Positions 39,139 through 54,218 of a DNA stretch of 64,000 nt are shown piece after piece (within the stretch, counting starts at the first letter, position 1; every line of letters starts with the position of its first letter). The position numbers and the translations under genes were made by a program. This DNA comes from Octopus sinensis (taxonomy: Eukaryota), in assembly GCF_006345805.1 (NCBI RefSeq), contig NC_042997.1, forward strand, positions 11,966,001 to 12,030,000, read 5' to 3'. A model generated the notes under the pieces. The model was given only the letters and a program-made list of their open reading frames with translations, ran no database searches and was not told where the DNA came from.

Positions 39139-40622
39139 CACTGTATGTCAAATTATTAGGCAGCTGTTTTTTTCGAAATAACAAAGTATTTATTCGTTCG
39201 ATTCCATATTTTTTTTCACTGAATGATGGCAGCATCTGCCTGCGCATAACTGTAACTAAATAAATTAGATCCGCGCCGATGTAAATAAACAGGCGGCTAT
39301 TTTCGTGAATCAACAACAATTTTACCTTCCTTAATTATAAGGCAAGTGCCCAGTAACAGTGTTATTATGAGTCAAAAACGTGATTTAATATCAAATGAGG
39401 AGTCCACCATCGTCTAAGTTCTTGGCAAAACAAAAACGACATTGGAAATATCAAAGATCCTGGAAAGAGATCATCGAACTCTGAAGAAATTTGTGGAGTT
39501 TTCTGCTGTCTGTTCGAGGGCTGACAAGGATAAATCGAGGGCTGTTTCCAACGAGGGAGGTTGCGAAGAATACGTGTCTGATTAGTTGAGAAGTGTTTAG
39601 ACGTTGTGGTAGGAAAACATTTCGAAATCTACTAGATGTCGCAACCTGAAGCAGGCAGAAAGAACGTAAAACTTGTTACAAGTCCCCCTCTGAAGGCTGT
39701 TCATAAACAAAACAGAGTCAAATGAGCAGAAGACTACATGAAGATAGATATTTCAAAAGTACTCTTTATTGACGAATGCCGTGCTACCCTAGACGAACCA
39801 GATGGGTGGAGTAAAGAATGGGTTACAATTAGCGAGAATCGTCCTCATCCTTTGAGACGCCAACAAAGGGGAATCGGAATCATGGTCTGGGCTGGCATCA
39901 TTGGGGACAAGTTGATTGGTCCTTGCAAAGTTCCAGACGAAATAAGATGACATGTAATGCCTCTGTTGTTTTTTTGGAGAATAATTTTAAGCATTTGTTG
40001 AAGAAGCAAGAAGTTTCATTAAAGAGAACGACAGCAATTAGGCTTCTCTGGACACCGTTTGATGAATTGGTCAGCGTGTTCACTAGACTTAAACCCGATT
40101 GAAAATCTATGGAGTGTTCTGAAGAGGAAGATATATATCAAGATGGACGGCAGTGTTCAACGAAAGATGCGCTCCGGGAAGCTATTGCGGATGCTGCTTA
40201 CTTTGACAAATTCAATGGATAAACTCGTCAGGGACGTTTCTCATGTGGAGTATCATACATCCATCATTAAGAACTTAATGATCTCATATTTCTTGTATTA
40301 TTTCCATTCAAACATATTATGTTCATTATAAAGTTGGTTGTGATTATATTTATTGTTAAAAATTAATTGTCATATTAAAGAAATGTTTGTTTTTGCATAA
40401 TTAGCATTTTATTAGACCTACTTAATAATTTAGGACAGTAAAAATGATACCTATTAACAAAAATGACCGTTGTTTCTTTACGTATGGGTGGATCAGGTTT
40501 ATTTTGGTACAGTAAACGCAGATGGGTGTTATCGTCATGCAGTGGAAAAATATCTGGATTCGAACAAATAAATACTCTTTTTTGCGAAAAAACTGAGATG
40601 TCCAATAATTTGACACGCAGTG
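39139..40622 (+). mobile_element. Tc1-type (DD34E) transposon, decayed, both TIRs present
   Basis: (TA)cactgtatgtcaaattattaggca / tgtccaataatttgacacgcagtg(TA); VLFIDECRATLD..DGW, IMVWAGI, WSACSLDLNPIENLWSVLKRK; the QDNA motif region is deleted. Confidence 0.92.
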
Positions 40623-40727
40623 TATATATGAATATGTACACAGACGCACAATCATAGGTGTGTGCATGTGTGTACAAGTGTGTATGTGTGAACGTGTGAT
40701 GTTATGGAAAACGGCTCACATCACTTA

Positions 40728-40922
40728 CTTGATCTATATCTTCCTCTTCAGAACACTCCATAGATTTTCAATCGGGTTTAAGTCTGGTGAACACGCTGAC
40801 CAATTCATCAAACGGTGTCCAGAGAAGCCTAATTGCTGTCGTTCTCTTTAATGAAACTTCCTGCTTCTTCAACAAATGCTTAAAATTATTCTCAAAAAAT
40901 CAACAGAGGCATTACATGTCAT
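40728..40922 (-). repeat. Inverted copy of Tc1 segment 39947-40142
   Basis: ~195 bp of reverse-complement identity with few mismatches, including the internal deletion junction. Confidence 0.95.
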
Positions 40923-41217
40923 GGAAATTTGGAATATATTAGTGTAGCTAAAAGAATATTCAATATATTCATATCATAGAACAGGTTTTCAACAGCGGCA
41001 TCATTTATTACAGGTTTTTCTTCCAAGCCAATCACTCATTCTTTACAGGATGTTAAAAAAGAGACATGCCTTTTCACCAGGTATATTTGAGACTGGCTTA
41101 GACATAATTGAAATTCTGACCCTGAGTATTCAGCAGTTTGTTTAATTAATCGCCTGGCTAACTTAATTAACGTGGAAGTGGCTGAATATTCCATCGCTAC
41201 CTGTACCCTTGATTGAA

Positions 41218-41598
41218 GGAAGCACTCCGACGGTTACGACGACGAGGGTTCCGGTTGATCCGATCAACGGAACAGCCTGCTCGTGAAATTAACGTGCAAG
41301 TGGCTGAGCACTCCACAGACACGTGTACCCTTAACGTAGTTCTCGGGGATATTCAGCGTGACACAGAGAGTGACAAGGTCGGCCCTTTGAAATACAGGTA
41401 CAACAGAAACAGGAAGTAAGAGTGAGAGAAAGTTGTGGCGAAAGAGTACAGCAGGGATCACCACCATCCCCTGCCGGAGCCTCGTGGAGCTTTAGGTGTT
41501 TTCGCTTAATAAACACTCACAACGCCCGGTCTGGGAATCGAAACCGCGATCCTACGACCGCGAGTCCGCAGCCCTAACCACTGGGCTATTGCGCCTCC
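41218..41598 (-). mobile_element. SINE family C, young full-length copy, inverted relative to 38261
   Basis: About 10 differences over ~383 bp from 38261-38643; has its own TSD acccttgat. Confidence 0.95.
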
Positions 41599-41949
41599 AA
41601 ACCCTTGATATAATGCTAAGACGGAATCAGCGGGACACTGTTGTGTTTGGGCGTTTAAAGCTCAGCCACACTCCATCCCGAGCTTCCATTTAGTTTCCGT
41701 CTGCCCAGTACCATTCACATCGAACCGATGCTTTGGAAAATGTCACTCGCCCAGGATGCTACACAGAAGAATAGAAACATAATTGTCATGAAATCTTCCT
41801 AACCATTCGACCATACTGCACCTACTGAAAATAGTATTACCGAGAAAAGAGAGATTGGGTGAGCGTTCTGTATACAAAATACAAATACAAAAATCTCTCA
41901 CGAGTCCCTGCATGATTTTACGGAACTGTGACAAGAACTCACTGCTCGC

Positions 41950-44900
41950 CTCCCAAGAACCAGGAAGGGGCAAGAAAAGGTGTACCCAAAATTGCTGCTT
42001 GACTCCTTCTTAGTCAGCAGACCGTGGCTACCGCGATCCTAATATTGAAGTCTCAATATTTGGACACACCATATACCACTGAAGCTTGGTGCATGGAATG
42101 TACGCACTTTGCTTAAAAACAACAACTAGATAAACTTCGAAGAGGATCACGCCTTGTTGGTAGAAAATTATCAAAGTACTACTATAACACAGCTGCTCTC
42201 AACGAAACAAGATTACCAGAGACTGGGCAGCTCAAAGAAAATGTACCAGTTTACACAATCTACTGGCCAGAAAAAGATAAGGTGACAGGTGTGAAGCTGG
42301 TATAGCTTTTACGGTGAAAAATAGTGTAGCAAAATGTCTCACCGTCCTCCCAAAAAGCCATAAGAGATCGGTTTATGATTCTGAAACTACCGACAAAAGG
42401 AACAAATAGATTTGGAAACTGCAATCCCACCAGTGAAGCTTTGCTCCAGTTTTGCACTGTGAACCAGTTACTCCTGACAGACACCACTTTTAAACTCACT
42501 TTTAAAGCAGATGTGCATCTTGGATACACCTCCGCTTTAAATACCAGCACTTGACTCACTACGTCATTTGTCTGCAGAAGTTTCGGCATATGTGTTACCA
42601 ATCCATTTGTGGTGCTGATTGCTGAACTGACCATCGCCTATTGATAGCCAAGTGCATACTCAAAATAAAGAAATGCAGAGTTCCTGAGGACAGATGAACG
42701 AGATCTACTCTGAACCGCAACAAACTCGGGTGCAAGAAAAATAATCCTGAGAGTGAATCTACGCTAACTCGCTCACTAGATACAATGGGTGACTCACATC
42801 TCTCCACAGAGGACGAATGGATCAAATTCCGGGACTCTTTCTAAGCATTCTCACTTGCAGTGTTAGGGAAAAAAGAACGCAAACATCAAGACTTGTTTGA
42901 TAAAATCGTTGAATTGTTAAATAGGAAGAATCAGTTGCATAAAATGTTTCTTGTATAGAGTGCATAAGGAAATGAATCAGTATACAAATTTCGCACTATG
43001 GAAAATTGAGTGATTTCAGCAACGAGCTTGAAAAATACAGCACCGAGGTGAGATAAAAAGCTTCGATAAAGAGTTCCACATTTTACATGGATCCTAAAAT
43101 ATTGAGAACTGCACCTGCCCGCCCCTACTCAGCTCTGATGGCACATCTTTATTTGCAGAGAAATCACTGATACCGCAGCGATTAGTAGAATACTTTGACA
43201 CCGTCTAGAATTGTCCCTCATTTAATTGTAGAGGTAATAAACTGATTGCTCCAAATGTCCATTAACTAGCAATTCAGTGACCCATTTACACTTTGTGAAA
43301 TTCAAGTGGTTATCAAACAACTAGCTAAAGCTCCCTGCGTCTGATGCAATTCCTGCTATCTATTGACATAGTAACACAGGAATAAAACAACGCGCTACAA
43401 TGTAAGAGCACAAACTAATTGTACAAGAATTCAAATATGCCTGCACTGTACACCTCTATAACAGAAAAGACAATATCCAACAGTGTGACAAACTTAAGGG
43501 CTCATCACACATGCCATTGGCATCCTAGCACGGATTATGCTCAGTCGTCTCATACAGCAACTTAATTCTGGACTTATTCCCAAGAGTCAAGGTGGTTTCT
43601 GAAAAGCTCGTGGGACCATGGACATGATCTTTGCAGCAAGAGAGCTTCAAGAAAAATGTCAGAAACAAAATCAAATCTTCTACACCATATTCATTGACTT
43701 TACCAAGGCTTTTGATACTATAAACCAACAAGTTATCTGGAAGATAATGAAGGAATTTGTTTGACTGGCCAAGTGCATCAATATGACACATCAGTTTCAC
43801 AATAGCATGCACACTTGTGTCTTGAATGATGGAAAATTCTCAGTACCTTTCCAAGAGAGTGAAGTAGGGTTGTACTTTAGCACCCATGATCTTCATCTTG
43901 ATATTTAAAGCAGTTCTTCAGAATGCATTCTCCCATGAAACACGAGGCATCCAGATCAATACAAATATGATAAGGGTCTTTATTAACACAGACTGCCTGA
44001 AAGCAAGGACAAAGCCAAGAACACTTCCACAAGGGGGTTCCTTTTTGCTGAGGATTATGCTCTGAATGTAAACACTGAAGCAGATTTTCAATACAGCATA
44101 GACAATTTGCTTCAGCTTGTGATAATTTCGGTCTCATAATCAGTCAGTTTTCCCATTGAGGATGAAGTGAACGCAAGAATAGCAATACCAGTCTTCAGTG
44201 CAAAAACTTAAAAAAAAAAAAAAAAAGACAAAACAAAACAAAAAATTTCCATATCTAAAAAGCAAAACTCGACATATACAAAGCTGTCGTGGAGATTATG
44301 GCTGTGAAGCCTTGACTGTTTACCGAAGACAAGCCAGAAAACTTAACTGCTTCTATCTAACATGTCTGTCAGGTGGCAGGGTAACATTTCCAAAACGACT
44401 GTGCATAAGAGGACTAATTTGTCAAGCATATATGCTTTTCTGAGAAAATTCAGTCTTTGATTTAGTGGACATTTTGTGCGCATACCCAATTCCAGACTCC
44501 CCAAACAGACCTTATTTGGTGAACTATTAGTTGGCGCTCGGTCACGTGGTGGTCCAAAATTTTTAAAAAAGGATACAAGGAAACGTTCAAGATAATCTTT
44601 AAAAATGTGTAGAATGGAGCAGTCTCCTTGAGAGCATCTTGCTCAGGATTGTTCATTGTGGCATAGTGCTGTGTTCACTGGAGTACAGTGGTCTAAATTT
44701 TAAATGACAAGAGACGCTAAAGAGTGGAAGATTGCACGGAATTCAAAAGTTACACCGGCTCCTGATTTTTTACGCGAACCATTATAATTATGGATTCCAT
44801 ACCAAAATTGACCTAAGAAGCTACCTCAGGATAAACAAAGTGTAAAGCTGATAACCTGAGAGTCTTCAGAGACATGACGAACCTCAATGATGTACGACGG

Positions 44901-45060
44901 GCTACAACACTGTGTCGTCTGCTAAATTCCCTTCCAAGGTATTAACCGGCTCGTAGATATAGTAAAAGACTGAAGCCAAACTACATGATTGCAAAGCGAA
45001 CTACTTAACTATATAACTGCACCTAAGACTTATGATGAGGAAGATGATGATGATGATGAT
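41950..45060 (+). mobile_element. Near full-length decayed RTE-clade LINE
   Basis: LKLGAWNVRTL and AALNETRL (APE); RELQEKC.KQNQ..YTIFIDFTKAFDT, VK*GCTLAP and LFAEDYAL (RT); (GAT)n tail at ~45045-45060; many stops. Confidence 0.92.
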
Positions 45061-45288
45061 ATAGTTATATTTATCGAAATTGTGATTTTTGCAATTCTAA
45101 GAATATGAGGTAAAGGAAGGGTGTGTTATAGGAGTAGGATGAGACAAGAGAGGAAAGTTTTATTTGGTTACATGAAAAGAAACTGTTCGATAAAGGTTAG
45201 AAAAACATCATGAAAATGGTGCTTCAACAAAGAGAAATGTATTTAAGATAGGAGGTATATACACATGCAAACACCTGCCACACACACA

Positions 45289-45355
<67 letters not shown>

Positions 45356-45746
45356 TGCATACATATGTGTGTGTCTGTGCGTGTGTGCGTGTGCATATAT
45401 TTGTGAATATACATGCCATATATTTTACATGACCACACGTGTGCATATGCGCGCATGGACACCTCTCTTTTCCCCCTCTCTCTCACATATATATATATAT
45501 AATATATAGAGAGGTAAATATAAATATAAATATAAATTTATGCATAAATATATGACAAAAACACACACACACACACATGTATACTCGTATGTATTTATCA
45601 AACACAAACTATATTAAAAAAATAGATACACAAATGCATATTCGCACACGAGGCATATACGCATACACACATATAGACAATTATATTTTCCTACCTACAT
45701 ACAGGCATACATATGTTTGTCTGTATATAAATATATGACCATACAT

Positions 45747-45787
<41 letters not shown>

Positions 45788-46193
45788 TATATATATATAT
45801 TATATATATATATATATATATATTTGTGTGTTTGTATATACACATATATATATATATATATATGCATATGTATATGTATAATATATATATATATATTATA
45901 TATATATATATATATATACATACATATATACATATGCATATATATGCCTTTGTGTTGTATGTTTTGTGTGGTGCGTCTGCTTGCGTGTATACTTGAAATA
46001 ACCGGTGGCAATTCTCTAGCGTTCAGTAGTTGAGTGTATGTTGCGTCACACTGTATTCGTTTACATGCGTGTATGTGCGCACGCGCGTGCGTGTGTTTGC
46101 GTACGTGAGTGTTTGTGTGTGAGTGTGTGTGTGTGTGTGTGTCTACTGAGTAAAGAAAAGATGCAGGTGCTACTTCCTTTCTATCCCTTCTAG

Positions 46194-46329
46194 GCATTTG
46201 ATCATTGGTACCATATCGTCCCGCTTCAATACTCAACAACTATTCCTCGAATCGAAAGAGTTCGCCTCAAGATGTGCTCCCAGCGACAGGCAGATGATGA
46301 ATTGTGTCGCAGCCAATCCGACAAAAGAT

Positions 46330-46337
<8 letters not shown>
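46194..46337 (+). CDS. Candidate terminal exon in a unique island
   Basis: Acceptor ctacttcctttctatcccttctag; frame 0 AFDHWYHIVPLQYSTTIPRIERVRLKMCSQRQADDELCRSQSDKRWR*; frame 1 is also open. No homology recognised. Confidence 0.2.
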
Positions 46338-48593
<2,256 letters not shown>

Positions 48594-49009
48594 AAATGGA
48601 AGTGGTGGTGGAAAATAAAAGCATTGTTTTATCTTTTAGTCTGCGGGGTAGGTGGTAGTAGTACCCGTGACCCTTACAAGACCTTAGAGACTGGAGGGTA
48701 TAGAGGGAGGATGGATATCGTCTTCAGATCAGAGATATGACCCCCAATGCTTGCATCATAGTGAACTCTGCTAAAGGCAACCACGTGACCATGTAGTAAT
48801 GTTAAATCAGACAACAGATTAAGTAATGCCACCCAAGCAGGCCACAGAGGGATTTGAACTCAGAACCCAAAGAGCGGGAGAAATACAGTATCCGGTCCAA
48901 CGTTCTTTTATTTCCGCCAATCTGCCGTCCTGGGTTTTTACTTATTTTTTATTCATCAATCCTGAATGGATGAAAGGAAAGTTGCCTCGGTAGGATTTTA
49001 ACTCAGAGT

Positions 49010-49225
49010 GCTTATAATTCTTTTCTACTCTAGGCGCAAGACCCGAAATTTTGGGGGAGGAGCCAGTCGATTAGATCAACCCCAGAACGTAACTGGTATT
49101 TAATTTATCGATCCCGAAAGGATGAACGGCAAGTCAACCTCGACGATATTTGAACTCAAAACGTACAGACAGATGGAATACGGCTAAGCATTTCGCCCGG
49201 CGTGCGAACGTTACTGCCAGCTCGT
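49010..49225 (-). mobile_element. SINE family A
   Basis: ttttctactctaggcgcaagacccgaaatttt...ggatgaacggcaagtcaacctcg...ttactgccagctcg. Confidence 0.9.
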
Positions 49226-49449
49226 CCTGGAGTGAAAGTATTACATATAAACAGCTATGTATTTGTTTATCGCTCTGTGTGCTTGTATGTCTCTGTCTGT
49301 CTGTCTGTCTATCTGTCTGCCTCTCCCTTTCTCTCTCTCTCTCCCTCCCTATCCACCTCTCCTTCTCTCTCTTTCTTTCTCAGTGTTAATCATATTATTC
49401 CTGATTATGACGCCATTCTATTTTGTTGTTGTTGTTGTTGTTGCTGTTT

Positions 49450-49745
49450 GTTCCTTCTCGAGCAATGCCTGACTCATAGGAACGGGGTTTCACGGTTTCC
49501 TTGGTGTATAGGTTCCTCACCTGGACAGGACGCCGGTCCATCGCAGGTGAGCTGCAAGATGCAGGAGGAAAGAGTGAGAGAAAGTTGTAGCGAAAGAGCC
49601 AGCAGAACTTCGCCATTACCTTCTGCCGAAGCCGCGTCGAGCTTAGGTGTTTCGCTCATAAACACAAACATCGCCCGGTCTCAGATTCGAACCCGCGATC
49701 CCTCGACCGCGAGTCCGCTGCTCTAACCACTAGGCCATGCGACTC
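49450..49745 (-). mobile_element. SINE family C-related variant
   Basis: Head reverse complement ctctaaccactaggcc..ggttcgaatc and gagtgagagaaagttgtagcgaaagag shared with family C; different 3' half. Confidence 0.8.
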
Positions 49746-49784
49746 CACCCACTCTATTTTACCTGGGTAGAAATTGAAATCGGT

Positions 49785-50160
49785 GAAGGTGGGGAGCTGG
49801 CAGAAACGTTAGCAAACCAGGCGAAATGCTTAGCGGTATTTCGTCTGCCGTTACGTTCTGAGTTCAAATTCCGCCGAGGTCGACTTTGCCTTTCATCATT
49901 TCGGGGTCGATAAATTAAGTACCAGTTACGCACTGGGGTCGATATAATCGACTTAATCCGTTTGTCTGTCCTTGTTTGTCCCCTCTATGTTTAGCCCCTT
50001 GTGGGTAATAAAGAAACAGGTATTTCGTCTGACGCTACGTTCTGAATTCAAATTCCGCCGAGGTCGACTTTTCATCTTTTCGCGGTCGATAAATTAAGTA
50101 CCAGTTGTGTACTGGGGTCGATATAATCGGCTGGCCTCCTCCCCCCAAATTAGTAGAAAG
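49785..50160 (+). mobile_element. Composite (1.5-mer) SINE family A insertion with a 15-bp TSD
   Basis: Full unit followed by a second ggtatttcgtctg..gagg tcgact..ggggtcgatataatcg body; gaaattgaaatcggt at 49770-49784 and 50161-50175. Confidence 0.92.
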
Positions 50161-50498
50161 GAAATTGAAATCGGTAGCACTAGTTACCAAACTATCAATC
50201 TATTTCACAGTACAGCTAATGCTACAATATACCATTCTACCGTACCAAATTACAGATAAGTTGACACAGGTGTGTTGCAGTAAATAAGATCTTTCTGAAG
50301 GATATCATTGACCGTTACCTGTTTTTCAGCAGAAATCGGGAATCTAAACACCTTTATATATGCAAGAGTAAAAAAGGCAATGAATTGAATTGTAAAGTAA
50401 TGCGCTGCCGTTTAAAAGTGTTACTGGTGGCCTACAGTAGCAAAATTCAATCCAGTGAAGTTACGAAAATAAAAAATAAATAACTAAACAAGAATAGT

Positions 50499-50755
50499 GG
50501 AGGCGCGTGGCTTAGTGGTTAGGGTGTCAGCACCATGATCGTAAGATTGTGGTTTCGATTCCTGGACCGGCGACGCGTTGTGTTCTTGAGCAAAACACTT
50601 AATTTCCCGTTGCTCCAGTCTACTTAGCTGGTAAAAATGAGTAACGCTGCGATGGACTGGCGTCCCGTCCATATGGGGAACACATACGCCATTGAAACCG
50701 GGAAACTGGGCCCATGATCCTGGCTAAGCTTTAAGAGGGCGCATTTTTTTTTTAT
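50499..50755 (+). mobile_element. SINE family D with a perfect 14-bp TSD
   Basis: Homologous to 16395; taaacaagaatagt on both sides; T-rich tail. Confidence 0.95.
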
Positions 50756-51474
50756 TAAACAAGAATAGTTTAGTATTCCACCACGACAAGATAATTCCTA
50801 CGTTCTCTGACTCACACTTAGAGGACAAACTTTACTCATTTCTTCTTGAAGGAATTCCATTATCTTGACTTCAGTAAGTGTAAACCTAACATTTCTTAGC
50901 TGAAATATTAGGTTTACAATTACCAAACATTTCTAAGCCGAAGTTTTCCAGTTGTTTTTTGGCATTATGGTTGACTTGTTAATCGTCTGTGTAGTGAGCC
51001 AGATGATCTTTTGAGCCGAAGACAGTCGTAGTGACTCCCTTAATCTAGACAGTTGCAGGACCCTTTTTTTAAAACACATTACGTCGTACACGTTAAACCG
51101 AATACATTAATTCTATTGCAGCATATTGGCACTACCAAAGGTTTCATTTTTGTGTTATGCATCGTAGCTCATCACTCTTCACTGAACTCGGTACTGCTTT
51201 GACGAATTTACCATGTCCATGTACATAAAGTCACATGTTGTCCCTACCACGCGGTATTTTGAGATTAGTGGGACATCTACGAGTTAATTTAGAATTAGTG
51301 ACCAAATAAGAATTAGCAATCTAGTTTTGGGTGTTCCATTCAGACTTTGATGTGGACTCTCCTAAAAGAAAAGGACATGAATCAGGAAGTTTTGAACAGC
51401 ACACACACACACACTAATCGCATGGCTATATATCTACTTAGCAGTAGTATTAGCAGCAGCAGCTGTAGTAGTAT

Positions 51475-51506
<32 letters not shown>

Positions 51507-51703
51507 GTAGTTGTTGTTGTTGTTCTTGTAATATCTGTAGTAGAAACAACAGCAACTGCAATGGCAGAAACGGCTGCATAAAATGTGCAGCAGGAGTGGT
51601 GGTCACAGTAACGATAGTAATAGTATAGGTGTAGTAATAACGGTAATATACTCATCCCCCCACGTCGTCAGTAGCAGTATTAGCAGCAGCAGTACTACCA
51701 CTA

Positions 51704-51736
<33 letters not shown>

Positions 51737-51737
51737 T

Positions 51738-51781
<44 letters not shown>

Positions 51782-51808
51782 TACTACTACTACTACTACT
51801 ACTACTAC

Positions 51809-51840
<32 letters not shown>

Positions 51841-52741
51841 CCACGGTAATGTTAGTAGCGATAGTGGTGATAGTTGTATTGACACCAGTCGGAGAAGAGG
51901 CAGCAGCAGTCACTGCCGCTCTTGCCGCCACTCTTGCCGTTGCCGCCGCCGCCGCCAGTAGCAGCAGCAGTAGTGATAGCAGCGATATGTTGGTGGTAGT
52001 GTTGGTGACGGCGGTAGCGGTTGGCCAGCAATCACCGTCTGGCTGCTTCAAGATAGGAAACGTTGCTCTAAGGTAAAATGCGAGTGTCGTTCGAGACACC
52101 ATACCATTCACTACTCACCTCCTGCCTCGTCTCTTTCCTTTGCGCCGTCACAACGCTCCCCCCCCCACCACCACCTTCAGCACATCAACAAAACTTTGCT
52201 TGAAGACAATTCTAAATCTGGTCTTTTGTCAAACAGTGCCAACGTCTTTTCTTTTCTTTCTTGCTTTCTCTCCTTTCTCTGTATTCATTTCTTTCATTCG
52301 TTGATGATTTATTTCTCTCCTCCCTCTCCTTTGTATATTTGTCCATTTGTCGGTCAGTACGTCTGCCTGTCTGTCTCTTTGTCACACTTTCCTTCCCCCC
52401 CCACCCTGCCTGTCTACCTATCCGCTGTTTGCTCGTCTTTCATATTTGTATCTCTCGGTTTGACTTACCTTCTGATGTCTTTACTATTCTGTCTGTCTTT
52501 ATGACATCCACTGTATGATGGCCTATTTTCTTTTGGTGTATATTTCGTCTATCTTTCTTATGTACATTATCTGTCTAGTCTATCAAAATCCATTCTGTTG
52601 TGACAATTTTTTGAACTCATGTGAATACCGTTCATTCTTTCTATCGTCCTGAACACCGTTCTGTCTATTACTATGATTGTCTCAATCACGTCTCTCTTTT
52701 AGTTCAGGTTTCTCACATAAGCAATAAATGATTGACTATTT

Positions 52742-53302
52742 GGATCTTTTCGGTTTGAACGGCAACTTTTTCTAGCGGTGTCATATGAAATTGTCACCCA
52801 TAATTATGACCCTAGCATCGATCTATTGCATTTCAATCTGTTTTAGGGTTAGGGTTAAGGGTGGGGAGAAGGGTATCTTTTTTTCTTCACAAATGTAAAT
52901 AAACTCAATCTGTTTCTTAAACGAGGGACATATTCATACGGCACAGAATTGAGGTAAAAAAAATTCTGTGCCGTATGAATATGTCCCTCGTTTAAGAAAC
53001 AGATTGAGTTTATTTACATTTGTGAAGAAAAAAAGATACCCTTCTCCCCACTCTTAACCCTAACCCTAAAACAGATTGAAATGCAATAGATCGATGCTAG
53101 GGTCATAATTATGGGTGACAATTGGTTGAAATTGCAGAAATTGAAGAAAAAAACAACAAATATCTTACAAACTATAGAATTTTCTCACTAAAGCCAAGAG
53201 AAAAAGATGTTTTATAAACACATTCTACCAGTATACAAAGTTTCAAATGTTTTAGTTACCTAGAAATTATGTTAAAAACTGCCGTTCAAACCGAAAAGAT
53301 CC
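52742..53302 (-). mobile_element. Non-autonomous DNA element with 23-bp terminal inverted repeats and an internal foldback
   Basis: ggatcttttcggtttgaacggca / tgccgttcaaaccgaaaagatcc; contains TTAGGG-like units; the interior holds a 162-bp inverted duplication. Confidence 0.85.
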
Positions 53303-54218
53303 GACTATTTTTCCCCGCTTCTTTTATTGATGGTTTTTCTTTTTGACACGTGTTCTACCTCTCGGTCTATATTTCTTACATGCGTTGTTGACATTGGTTT
53401 ATCTTTCTGTTACGAGTTCTGACTCTTACTTTATCTCTCCGATAACCGTTCCATCAGTTTGTCTTCATTACATTTGTTGTGTTGAGTTGCATCAGATTTT
53501 ATCTTTCAATTGTTTCAGTTATAGGATTGTGGCCATACTGGAGCACCAGCTTTGAAGGGTTTTAGTCGAACGAAACGACTCCAGTACTTATTTTTTAAAG
53601 TCTGGTACTTTATCTTTCTCTTTACGAGGAGACAAGCTTCCACGCAATTTCTGACAACCAAAAATGCCCACATGAAATTAGTCGGCTCGGAGTTATAGAA
53701 AAACACATAGTGTCGTGCAGTGGAATGGAATACAAAACCATGTGATTGCAATTATAGCTTCTTAACCACACCCCTATTCCTGCGTCAATATCATCTCTAT
53801 CTTTACCATAGCTTTTCCATCTATTCGTATTGCATCTTGACGTATGTCCCAGGTTGACCTCAATCCCAGGTTAATCTTTTTCGAAAACATGTATGACTAA
53901 ATACCTTGCAATCACCTTCATCATCCTGTTTTAGGGGGTCTCTTGGCTACATTACCAGCTTTACAAATCTAGGCTGTTATTTGAGAGAAATTTTGTTGTT
54001 ATCTTTAACAGGTCAGGTTACTCCAGAACGTTCACTCATTGACTCGCACGTTTATTTGTTTCAAAATCACTTGTGCCAGTTTAGCTATCTCTCTTGCATT
54101 AAATCGGTAGATGTTCCTCTCTTTCTGACGTCAGTTTTCACTATTTAGCCATTATTCTGAACTTTTATTCTGTTAATTTGTAAGACGTTCGTTTAAATGA
54201 CCGAACGCATTGAGCAGA

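Noticed and set aside
52850-52865. Interstitial telomere (TTAGGG)
   Set aside because: Only 2-3 units, and they are an internal part of the TIR element.
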